From positions 41,054-105,053 of the forward strand of contig NMRA01000803.1 of NCBI GenBank assembly GCA_002633005.1: a stretch of DNA of 64,000 bases, given 5' to 3'. Both the position numbers and the translations under genes were made by a program. The notes beneath the pieces were generated by a model that saw nothing but the letters and a program-made list of their open reading frames with translations, ran no database searches and was not told where the DNA came from. Source of the stretch: Phoronis australis. Lineage: Eukaryota; Animalia; Phoronida. Within the stretch, counting starts at the first letter, position 1; each line of letters opens with the position of its first letter. Shown piece by piece: positions 33,363 to 44,650 of the stretch.

Positions 33363-35621
33363 GTAAGTGTGTGCGTGTGACAAACGCTTTGGCCAGTTGT
33401 GGTGAAAGGCCGATATCATGTACAGGATCTACAATCGTTGCGGCGAGAAGTAGCGCATATAGTGGTGTCACAGCTGGTGTCACAGCGGTAATCTAGTGAA
33501 GCAACCGTGCGAAACTCCCCATGATACGGTTTGATATCTTTCCAAGTATATTTTAACTGTATAAAGACGTGCTCCTGGTTCAGGACGATTCGCTTTTTGC
33601 GTCACAAACCACCAAGGTTTCAGTAGTCAAATTATCGATATCATTGAAATAGACCTATAACATTGAAATTTCACCTCACGGCTGACTGATTGGGAAATTG
33701 TAACTGAATGCATGCAACAACCGATGACGGATTTCGTCATAAACCGTCGCATTGCAAATTCAAGTGTCACAACACCTTCATAAAGGCTATCCAATTCACG
33801 TTTCAGAATCATGTGTTGTTCAAACTGACATAATTAGTTCTTTTAAAATTGATAAAATACCTTATTTGCACTTCATAACTGTATAACAAGTCGAGAATGA
33901 TTCTTGATCATTGTCGGTAAGATACAGAAGTTTCAAAGACTGATATGAAAATTCATATCTGTTCTCTTTTACATATGTGCAAAGTAATGGTAATATCTTG
34001 TACATATCACTGAAATTCGTGTGGTGAATGTTGAAATTGTGTATGTATAAAGAAGGTGCCGATCTTAAATGATCTGCTCAGGGCTTTTGCAAATATGGTG
34101 GTCAGACTTGGGCAGGAATCGGTGAAAGAAAATCACATGAATTTTAACAATAAATGGCTACGTAACTATAAACAGTCTCCTGTAAGTTTTATGACCATCA
34201 AGGACTGGAAAAATTAAGTGTATGGCTTAGTCTGTTGACAGATTCTAGCTAAGGGAAGACTTTCCGATTCAAATTGATTTAAGGCCAAAGAAAAAAGCAT
34301 AACTGGCTCTGGTCTATACCCCGACCCATTTTGAAACAGAAAGGCGCGCGCTCTAGGTTTGTTAAAGGAGATAGGCCGCCGACCGACTCATTTTTAGGAA
34401 ATACCTCATTCTCCTTTAAAAGACATAAAAATGCACCAATCTAGTGTTAACACGTTGAAACATGTCAACTCGGCCACAAATACCTCTTTTGTGACCTAAA
34501 AAGCATGTTTGAAAACCGTGTGCCCCCCCCTCCGGTTACCAAAAAGTTTTCAACCCTCCCTCTCGTCGTCAACAATTTCCAACAGCTCGCCGATCACACT
34601 CTCAGGCCAGAAAAAAAATCGATCCAAGTGAGGTGCCCAGGGTCTAATTTTTGTACTTAACATTGAACTCAAAATTATTTTTATCATTTCGCGTCCTACT
34701 TTGAGTACAAACTGAGTATAAGTTTTTATAAGTTGTGTGCTCGAGTAAATTAAAGTTTACGCGCATAAGTTTCTAGTACAGTATGAATTCGCGCTTTGTG
34801 ACCCCAAGATTCGATTTAAAAAAAAACTCGATTTCCAGTTCAAAGATTAGACCCTGGACCTAGAACCAGAGATATATTTTTTGGTCTTTCGAGGTTCAAA
34901 AACTGAAACTGGTCTAAAACTATATTGTAGGGGAGAATCCGATCCAGAAACAATTGTTCAACTCCATTTGGTCCTTAGAACAACTGTTTGAAGTTTTGAG
35001 CGTTAACTCGCCGAGTTAGAATACAGACCACTAAATAAGGTTGGAGATAACCTTAAACAACCTAAAAAGAGTTGCATCAACTGAAGTCGATGTAAACCAT
35101 GTTATTCAACCGTGGATAGCCCGAGTGGCTATATAGGTCATCAGGAACTTGACTTTGCTTCTCAGAGAGACCGGCTACGTATGGACCTACAAGATGGACC
35201 AACGCTGAAAGAAAAATAAGTTCACTTACAAGGTTTGAGAAGTTTAGTGGTTCAGTGGCACGAGATATAATACTTTCCAGTGCTTTCAGAGCTTAACTAT
35301 TATTATGATACTTTGTATTTTCATGATAAATATTAAGACGTGGCGCGAGTGCACTCTAACAGCTCGTCTTGTCAGTTACGGTTCCATGCAAATATAAAGA
35401 CGAAAAGGGTTTACTGTAGATTCGCATGTGGGCATTTTAACTACATGTAAAGGTTTAAAAAGATATATTTCCAAAGTTTATAGATGTCTACATTTTTGTG
35501 TAATTGTTATTTCGACATGAGCCGTCAAGACCTCCCAGGCCATAGTAGCAGCAAATGCAGACAAACCATTGGGGAGTTTTGTCTGTGCGGTGCTGGCTAC
35601 TGTTGAAGCAGAGGGTGGGAT

Positions 35622-37082
35622 CAGTGCTGTGGCGGTAAAATTAGATGTAAGGAGGAGCCTAAAGCCCATCGTATAGCCTCGAGCGCTGAATTTTAAAAGT
35701 ATATTGTACTCGTAAAATGACTCACAAACATGTAGGACTACTTTGTGACTCACGAGTGGACATTTACATAGAGTCTGCAGTGGCGGATCTTGGATGTCGG
35801 AGAAAGAGGGTCCAACCACACATATTCGAAAGCAAAGGTCCACGTGCATTCCAAGCTGTCTCTGAAGGGGCCCAAGCACAATTATAAAGGAAAACAGGAG
35901 CGTAAAGCCTAGCGTACATCGGCCTTAAAACTGAACACAGCCAGTTGTAAGCAGGTTACCCGCGGGCAACTGAGACCAACTGATCAGTTGCGAGTTTGGC
36001 CGAAGTGCGTCTTCTTACCACTGACGGCCTACAACTGATGGCTCTGTTGCCGTCAGTTGCACATGTTCTACTTTCTCGCCACTGGTTCCACTCAGTTTCA
36101 CCGTTGTACGCCTCGCTGCTGCTAGATCTTAAGGATTTATGCAAAAGAAAACTGGTCACAGTCGCTAACTTGATTAACTTTATGAATCAATGGTTACAAC
36201 CCCGTCACTGCCAGTCGCTTTCGATGAGTGCGCAAAGTGACTGGGGGTAACTGGGACTGACTAGTTTCTCACAATCGCTAAATTACCGGTGTAAGCGTGG
36301 TTAGAAACTGACGTGTGCGAAGTCTGCCAGTTGCCTTGTCGAAAAGCTTAGCTTAACGCCCAGAAACGATATGCTGGCGGAGATTTTCGTCGCTCGTCGG
36401 GTGTGTCCTCGAGGGCCCTTGCCCCCCTCCCCCTTTATACAACTATGGTGGGACACCATAACTGTTTCTTTAATTTTAAACCTTAAAAAATTCCATTACT
36501 CGATGAGCATACATATGTAGGCCTAGTGGTCGCGGGCGCCGAAATGTTCGGCAATAATGCTGTCGTCAGCGCATTGATACCGTAAGCTATCGTATCGAGA
36601 CTACTCCCCACTATACCGTCACTTATGGCGCGTAGCCGGCCGCGAGACTACGTACGTTAAACTGTAAAAAGGTGGCCTTTGCTGCGATAAAATGTAAAAA
36701 TGTGGTTGGGTGCAACTACGTGCGCTTACGCCCCACTATACCGTAACTTGAAGTGGGTAGGCGTTACGTTAAAAAGCAAAGAGGTGGTTGCGGCTGCGCC
36801 TACGCCCAACTACAGTAGGCTACTGCGGGTTACAGTTGCAGTTTTTCCTGTTAGACACTTTCTTCGTTTTTTTGCCTTTTTTTCTTAGATAAGACTTCGG
36901 TAATCAAGGAAAATGCTTGATTTTTAGAGGAAAAACAAAAAAATTTCCTGGGAGGGAGGGGCGAAAATCCCCCCTCCCGTCCTCCTCCCATTCGGTGCTA
37001 TGCGCATCTATAATCGTGCTTTGAGCGAATGTTTATAGACAAAATGTTGCCCCCCCCTTGTGACAACCTAGATCCGCCACTG
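35622..37082. mobile_element. Interleaved DNA-transposon fragments (CAGTGCTG family plus CAGTGGCGGATCT-TIR element at 35778-37082)
   Basis: 35622-35700 matches 33172-33250. cagtggcggatct at 35778 and agatccgccactg at 37070-37082 are inverted. Repeated cgccccactata/cgcccaactaca ends at 36600-36815. Confidence 0.5.
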
Positions 37083-38164
37083 TATGCGTATTGTCTTGGG
37101 CAATTTAGAGAGCAGATGAACAAATGACGCTATCTCTAATACTAACCGGAACACCAAGGTCAACTAGATCTGCCATCGATGCTTTCTCGTTGACGTCTTT
37201 GCCGTGTATTGGATAGCACCGATATAACGCCATCTTGAGGCTTGGGCACGAGGCTGTTGGAACAAGAGACTGCCTAACGAGGCAATTGACGCCTTTTTAC
37301 ATAACCTGCTATTGATGCGCGTGCGCAGCTTAAAGTGCCAAATAATCTCTTTGGCCGGCAGTACACCCTGGCGCATCGATTGGTTACTCACAACCCCACA
37401 GAAGGCCAAACCGACAAAATATTCCCAAGATGTGGTCGTTGAAGATTTCTTTGCGTTTGATAGTGATCGCGTGTTTAGTGATTTTCTCACCAGCTGAGGG
37501 CAGATTGGGCCCCGGCGAAACGTTGCCTCCAACAATTCCAACAACGGTAATTTTATTGCGTTAATGTAATTTTATGCCGTACACATTGGCAAATGGTGTG
37601 ATTTGAGGCCAGTTCGCAGCATAAGGAGGCCAAATTTGAGGTAGGAAAATTCCATTATTAACGATGGTTGTTAAAAATAGATAAGACAGACAAGGATGAA
37701 GTTGGAGGTGAAACTCGCCATGATGAGAACATCCGAAAATTTACCTCGGTTGCATTTTTGTTAAATAGACATGAGTATTTTTTCGTAGCGTTGGCGCGTG
37801 ATTACGTTTTTTCTATGGTCAGAATATTACGTTTACTGTCTTTGATAGAAAATAATGCTGGTACCGCTATGCATTTTCGAAACATTTCCAACACTGGTTA
37901 CTTTCTTGATTCCAGAAGGAGAAATTCAAAAAATCAAGGTTTGCCGGTATTCTTGGAAGTGTTTTGATGTTTTACTGTCGGATACTGGACACCAAAAGCA
38001 AGGGCTGGCACAACGAAATATCAAGTTAATTTTTCATATTTTTACTATTACTTGTGCAACCTCTGAATCTAGGAAGTCCCGTTTGTTTGTACTCACAACA
38101 TCTAAAGCCACTGACGCTAAGTTCAGTTGGGAGCCGTCGGCAATCGCAACGATTTTGAAATATT

Positions 38165-38445
38165 CTACTCGTCTGTGTCCAAACATTTTCGACATTTCTT
38201 TCAAAATGAAATATTTACAAATTTTCTCAGAATAGACAAATTTGAGGAGCAGCCGACTTACGTTTTGTTAAAGGCACAACATAGTACTGCATGTTGGCAA
38301 TCGCAACAAGTTAGAAGTACTCTGCTCATCTGCGTCCAAACATTTTGATATTTCGATCAAAATGAAGTATTTACAATTTTTCTCAGAATAGACAAAATTT
38401 GAGTATCCGTCTTACGATTTGTTGATTAAAAGGTGCAACATAGTT
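38165..38445. repeat. Local tandem duplication (~155-bp unit, two copies)
   Basis: ctgtgtccaaacatttt...caaaatgaa.tatttaca.ttttctcagaatagacaaa.tttgag occurs twice. Confidence 0.65.
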
Positions 38446-39987
38446 TGCAAGTTAAAGTGATTTTTTAGTGTTTGATTTCAAACATTCAAAAGGTTAAAAG
38501 CTGAAGGTTTAAAATTAATACCGCTTCGAGATTAATACGGCGAATTGGCAAGAGTTCTTCATTCGCTTATTTGTTTGAAACGTACGAAGGAATACTAGAC
38601 ATCAAGTATATTATCTTCTAATTAAGAAGGATCACTTTCCTTCAATGAATTTTGACAGCGTTTGGTTCACCAATAACGGTCGCCAATTGTAGGAGTACAA
38701 ACAGTCATGCATTTAATTCACTCATGGACATTTTAAAATAGTATAAGAATAAGACATAAAACGACAGCAAATAATATATCATTGTAGTTGGATGACTTAA
38801 CTAAATTTTACACACAAACTTACAAATATAGCAGTTGGCGATGGTGCAATCAAGACTATACTCATTAAAGCAGCGATTTCTAAAATAATTCATTACAATA
38901 ATAGAGAATATGTATAAATCAAGAACACAACATGGAAGACTGTGTATAAGGTTAAGTAAAACATCACGTAGTGAACTTTTAAAGAGATTTTTAGAGCAGA
39001 AGTTAGTAATAAATTTCTTCGCCTGATTCATGGTGGTGCATGCTGTAACGGAGAGCTATGCTGAAAGTATAGAAATATTTCGGTAACTTGATAAGGACAG
39101 TTCAATTTTAAGAATGCATGATGTGTTTAACAATTGCTCACAATGAACATTATATTTGCTAAAATCCTAATTCTAATAACTTTCTTTTGCAAACCGTCTG
39201 CTATTTTTCTGCCCCGTCTCAGTATACCATGGTGTAGATGAGGCAATTTCATACTGTTATAAAGTATTCTCAATACTCAGAAAAGCGGAAATCTTACTTA
39301 TTTTACGGCTTACGTTATCGATGTGATTTCCCGAGACAAATTTTCTTGAATAATTAGTCCTAAGAAATTAAATGTTGTTACACTTTCTATTTCAAAACTT
39401 TAAGTGAGATATTGTAATTACCTATAGATTTATGAAGGGAATGAAAAGTTATATATTTGGCAACAGAAAATATTGAGAAGTTACTTGTGGCGATGTCCAA
39501 TAAGGCTCTTTGTTGTACTGAAGCAAGTTTCAAAAGCTTTCATTTCATAACGACTTTAACCTCTCAAAATAACTTTATTGAATTAAATAATTAAAAAATA
39601 AGTTTACATGTTCATAATGGCTTGGCAGGTATTATATTGTATCGTATCGAACTGAAATAATGTATATAATTGGTTCAATTTTAGTATGGCAACGGAACTG
39701 GCTAGTATCCGCAAATTACTACACGCCTATTAAGCATCTGGCAACCAAGATTAATTTTATGTGAAGTTGAATGCATTTATTACACGTTAATGGTAGTTAT
39801 TAAACGGTTGATACCCCCATCAGGATTACAGTTGAATGACCTTTTTACGCATTAACAGATTAGCGCCCGCACTGGGTATGAACAATAAAACCGACTTTCT
39901 AAAACCGCTCTGAGGTGGTGGCGTGTTACAACTATTATTAAAATCTATTGGTCTATTTACACCGACCTCTTGTCTATTTACACTGTC

Positions 39988-40026
39988 ACGACGTTTCAGT
40001 CGGTCTATTCTCCGGTCATCGTCAGG
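39988..40026 (-). ncRNA. Minimal hammerhead ribozyme-like motif in the Penelope pseudo-LTR (second copy at 41602-41641, +)
   Basis: CTGACGA-tgaccgg-agaataga-ccgact-GAAA-cgtc fits the CUGANGA / stem II / GAAA core typical of PLE pLTRs. Stem II is partly mismatched. Confidence 0.55.
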
Positions 40027-40073
40027 TGTTCCCGCGTTCTTAGAAGAACGAGCACCAATATGTGGCACACTTA

Positions 40074-40159
40074 TGGTGTCCGAGGCAGGATTTGAACCCA
40101 CGACTTCTGAAACTACAGATAATTCGAGCCCAGCACCTTATCCACTACACCACGGAGTC
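40074..40159 (-). other. tRNA-derived module (A box, B box, terminal CCA) inside the Penelope element
   Basis: gactccgTGGTGTAGTGGataaggtgctgggctcgaattatctgtagtttcagaagtcgtgGGTTCAAATCCtgcctcggacaCCA. Acceptor and anticodon stems do not pair, so it is not a functional tRNA. Confidence 0.7.
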
Positions 40160-42478
40160 ATCCATTTACTTAGAGGGAAATTTATTATACTTAAACCTTC
40201 CTAAGTAGACTGAACCAGGTGTCACTTGGTTGTTTGCTTGGCTGATTGAAGACATTGTCTTGTACTTTGATGTACATGGCTTCCTTGATCTTTCTCTTGG
40301 TCCAACCTGTTTCACTGTCAAGTATTCGGATGTTATTCCACTGGATATTGTGTTGTTTCGACCACATGTGTTCTACTACTCCTGATGAGGTATTATCCTC
40401 TCTACAACACCTCTTATGTTCTGCAATTCTCGTCTCCAGTGGTCTTAATGTTTCACCAATATATGATTCACCACATTCACATGGGATTTCATAGATGACA
40501 TTTTTCTTTTTCCCCATGTCAGTTCTTGGTTTGACTTTTGTCAGTCGCCGACCCAGTGTGTCTGAGCTGCGATATACTGTTCTTATTTCAAATTCTTTAC
40601 ATATGCGTCCTAGCTTCTCAGTTACTCTGGGTACATATGGTAAGCACATAGTCTGCAGTGGGCTTTCTTCTGCCACTTTCTCTTTCCTCTGCGATGTTAA
40701 AGCCGACTTGATGAAATGCCTTGGGTAGCCATTTCTTTCGAATGTCTCCGCCAGGTTGGTCACGTCTGCTTGGAGTGCTGTATCACTGCAGATTTCTTTT
40801 GATCTTGATGGTATTTTGTTATACCCTTCTTGATTCCTTTGATGTGGTTGGAGTTGAAGTCGAGGTTTCGTCCTTTGTGGGTCTTCTTATAGTAGACTGA
40901 CGTTGTTAACTGTCCTTGAACACGAGTCACTCGTACGTCTAGGAATGGGAGACTGTTATTTGTCTCTTCTTCTATTGTGAATCTAATCGTAGGCACTATG
41001 TTGTTCAGATGGTCAAGGAACTCTAATGCATTTTCCGAGTCTTGGCTGAATATTGTGAATGTGTCATCAACGTATCGTTTCCACATCTTCGGGGGTCTGT
41101 AAGCTGAGCTGAGAGCTGTTTGTTCGAACCACTCTATGTACAAGTTAGCTAAGACTGGGGATAGTGGTGAACCCATTGTCATTCCTTGTGTCTGCTCGTA
41201 GAACTTGTCTTGGTATTGGAAGTAGGTGGTATTGACACAGAATGTCACTAATTCCAGAATGGAGCCTATTGGGAGGTTTACATCATCTGATGGCTTGTGG
41301 TCATGCTCTAATTTTGACCTGAATAATGGGAGAACCTCTGATGTTGGTACACTTGTGAATAGGCTTTCGACATCAAAGCTCACCATGGCGTCATTTGGTG
41401 TAATGCTGACTGATGACAACATTGACACGAAGTGCTTCGAGTCCTCTACGTACGAATCAGTTTTTCCAACTTGTAGAGATATGATGTTATTGAGGAATCT
41501 AGCTTAGTTGGTGGCAGGGAAAACCAATGTTGAGCTTATACACAACGTATGTGTTGCTTGTACCACATATCCGTGGTCGTTCTTCTAAGAACGCGGGAAC
41601 ACCTGACGATGGCCGGAGAATAGACCGACTGAAACGTCGTGACAGTGTAAATATACAAGAGGTCTGTGTAAACAGACCAAGAAATTTTAATAATAGTGGT
41701 AACAATAAAACCGATATTTTGAATTGTTAAAATTTTCTCCATGGCATAGGCGATTTTCAATCTTGGCATCATTTTGTTGACTTTCCAGGAAGTTGCTGCC
41801 CCGCGAAGTCGATATACGGGCCGTGCCGCTTAGAAGTTTGACTTTCAAGACCATTTCCCTTATGGAAGGATGCCTTTGCTGACAAAATTCTATGCGAAAT
41901 GAGTACCTGCTCAGACAAAATTGTTCACTTAGGGATCTTGAAATTCTGCAAAGGTTTCTTTTTCCCACTACACGAATGTACAGAATGATTTTTAGCAGTT
42001 CCTGTGTTTTTCAAACTGAAATTGCAAAGGATGTACGTAGTCTTTTCTGACAACAATGTGGTCTCTCATCTTGTATCGATTAGGCTTACTTGCGATAAAA
42101 ATTCAACTATCCAAAAATATTTCCAGCATAGGTACACGAAATTAACCTCTCTAAAATTTTGGTGTTTCTGGAACATTCTGAATTTTTTCTAATTCATAGA
42201 ACCTCCATACAAATTAGTAATTTTTTGGAGTTCACTCTCTAAGTAAGTGGGTAGACTAATTTTCCCGGCCGAAAGCTGATAAAACACATTGACCATTCCG
42301 GTAGGTGGGGTAATTTTTCCAAGCTTAGTTTGAACCCCTTGATATCATTCTCCGGTGCTCTCCCAGTTCATTCTGATGGTAGAAACCAATTATGAGACCA
42401 CTCTGCCTTTTAATTGCCGCTCCTTGCTATTTGGTTTGTAAATAAATGTCGTGTTTCATTATGAACTTTTTCTTACAG

Positions 42479-42595
42479 ATTTTACAGACCACAGTGGCGT
42501 CCTCTGAGACTACAGCCAGCAGTTCTGTGAAAGCAGTGGCTCAAGTCTCATTGATAACCGGTCTGCTACTTGGAGCGTGGGCGTTACGTCAGTAA
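42479..42595 (+). CDS. Possible terminal exon encoding a GPI-anchor-like C-terminus
   Basis: Acceptor tttttcttacag (tandem tttacag 9 nt downstream, same phase), then ILQTTVASSETTASSSVKAVAQVSLITGLLLGAWALRQ*: an S/T-rich spacer followed by a hydrophobic tail. Upstream exons not found. Confidence 0.3.
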   Translation: MLQTTVASSETTASSSVKAVAQVSLITGLLLGAWALRQ

Positions 42596-44187
42596 TCTTG
42601 ACATGTACGAGACCGAACGGTAACTGTATTTTTATCACTGTTATGTCAGCCAGTAGTCTGCTCCAACCTAGCTAGGGAACGCAAACGTTCATATGGGAGT
42701 GCTTTGCTGTCGTTCCTGTAATAGGATTCACAGATGAATTCAGAAGTACTTCTCAATTCAGATGCTTATACTCTGGTATCCACGCTAGATTATAATCTAG
42801 AAAATCTCTGATTCTTTTGCTAATGGAAAATAACTCGACGTACGACTTGATGATTCACGCATATGTTTTACGAGGCATGAGCAAATGCAAAGCACTCATC
42901 GAAATAACATACTGGGCGCTATGAAATCCGCCATCGCTCTATACATGTAAACAGTGAATGCCCGATTCACGCACGTATTGCACATTGGCGATGTCGGAAG
43001 AATCTGACTAGTGAGGAATAGGGTGTGGTAGAGTGGAGAGAAAATCTGGAGGTTGGCTACCTACATCTTTTGCACCTATCCATTGCAATACCTTGCAGGC
43101 TAGGGTTTATTTAATTTAGATTAATTATAATTACGGCAGATTATGTAGCCGTCTGGTTATTTTCGAACAAATTTTGCCTTTGCGCGAATGTTTTCGCCTC
43201 TTTTAGTTACTATTCGTGTCGTTTTGCCACCTGAGCATAAAATCAAGCAAACTGCACGTTTGCGTAGAGATGAGGTATTTGCAATTGTTACTAGATAGGT
43301 GGAGTATGGATGGCACTGAGAGGCGATCATAAATTGAGGGGGTGAGGGCAACACGTGGCATATTTTGGATGACGTATGATATGTGTCTGTTCCCAAAACC
43401 TGTGGCAAATTCAGTGCAAACACCTTGAAGATTTTTACACAATTCTCTTACAAACAATGGCTGCACTTGATTTCTTCAGCCTGGGTCAACCAGGTAAAAC
43501 ATATGACCAATTAGTCGTCTCAGTCGGGTGACCCGTAGAAACCGGCGAAATCAGTCAAGTGCAGGCTATGAATCAGTCGTGGAAAACTGGCCTAAATAGA
43601 TATCACAACTTCGACATACAACAATTTGTTAATTACTTTTATTAGCAGGAAAAGAAGAAAGAGCGTCTTTGTAGACTTTCGGCGAAAAGTGCGCTGTGGC
43701 GCTGCTGGTGACGTCAGCGCCGAGATCACGATTATTGATGAATGACGAGTGTCATCAGAAAACTTCAAAATTACAAGCAGTTATGAGTACCTAGAGATCT
43801 GAACAATTGATTTTTTTTCATTTGTAGGTGCCTGTGTGCTACGCTTGACTTCAGCAACTATGAAGAACTCATGCCGATGTTCTGGAAATGATTTCGTTAC
43901 GATAGAGGGCGCCGCTCTTGTGTGCCGCGTGTTTTTTTTTTTAGTTAGCCCACGTGTATGAATAAATTTTTGAAAGTCACCCCACGTGCTATTTCTTTTT
44001 CAGACTTAATGATGTTTCATTTAACAACTTTTATACTTTTGGTAATTCAAACTTTTAAAAAAATGTGACAAAACACAAATCGAGACACTGCAGCGTAGTT
44101 ATTTTTTGCAACCCCAATCTTTATATGTTGTTGTCATTTTCCGAAATCATTTATTGAAAATTAAGCACTTCATGTTACAATTATTGG

Positions 44188-44650
44188 AAACATGAATTAC
44201 AGAAAAGGAATTTCAATCATACACCCACTCACGCGCTCAATCACACAGTATATCACGAAACCATGTAACAGAAACGAAATATCATTCACGCACTGACTCG
44301 CGCACACAATCGCACAGCATATCATGGAAACGTGAAACAGAAAAGAGGGATGTCATTCACACACTCACTCACGCATTCAATCACATAGTATATCATGAAA
44401 ACATGAAACAGAAATGGAATATCACTCAAACACTCACTCACGCGCTCAATCACACAGCATATCACGAAACCATGTAACAGAAAAGGAATTCCATTCACAC
44501 ACTCACTCACGCCCGCAATCACACAGTAAGTCACGAAAGTATGAGACGGCAATAGAATGTCATTCACACACTCACTCACTTAAGCAATCACACAGCATAT
44601 GGAAACGTGAAACAGAAATGGAATATCATTCACACAATTGCACAGTACCT
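44188..44650. repeat. Minisatellite, ~72-bp unit, about 6 copies
   Basis: Repeated gaaac(a/c)tgaaacagaaa..ggaatatcattcacacactcactcacgcgctcaatcacacagtatatcac. Explains the periodic ORFs at 44322-44656. Confidence 0.9.

Larger units (their letters stand above)
39895..41714 (-). mobile_element. Penelope-like retroelement (5'-truncated): RT + GIY-YIG endonuclease with inverted pseudo-LTRs
   Basis: ORF 41428-40760 has RT motifs SFDVESLFTSVP, QTQGMTMGSPLSPVLANLY, RYVDD and LPFLDV. A frameshift leads to ORF 40763-40191 with GIY-YIG (NVIYEIPCECGESYIGET...RIAEH...KIKEAMYI). ~150-bp inverted repeats at 39923-40068 and 41558-41704. The 14-bp direct repeat aacaataaaaccga flanks the element at 39881 and 41701. 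Confidence 0.92.

Noticed and set aside
37164-38348. Cluster of 60-126 aa ORFs
   Set aside because: No recognisable domains or consistent splice signals, and they overlap repeats.
39030-39063. GGACCNGELC, a Ly6/three-finger-like C-terminal motif
   Set aside because: Immediately followed by a stop, with no other cysteines or usable splice sites; likely chance.
40074-40159. Functional tRNA-Ser(CGA) gene
   Set aside because: Acceptor and anticodon arms are mismatched, CCA is genomically encoded, and it lies within a retroelement.
44188-44650. CRISPR-like array or repeat protein
   Set aside because: Whole ~72-bp units repeat with no unique spacers, there are no cas genes, and the context is eukaryotic.
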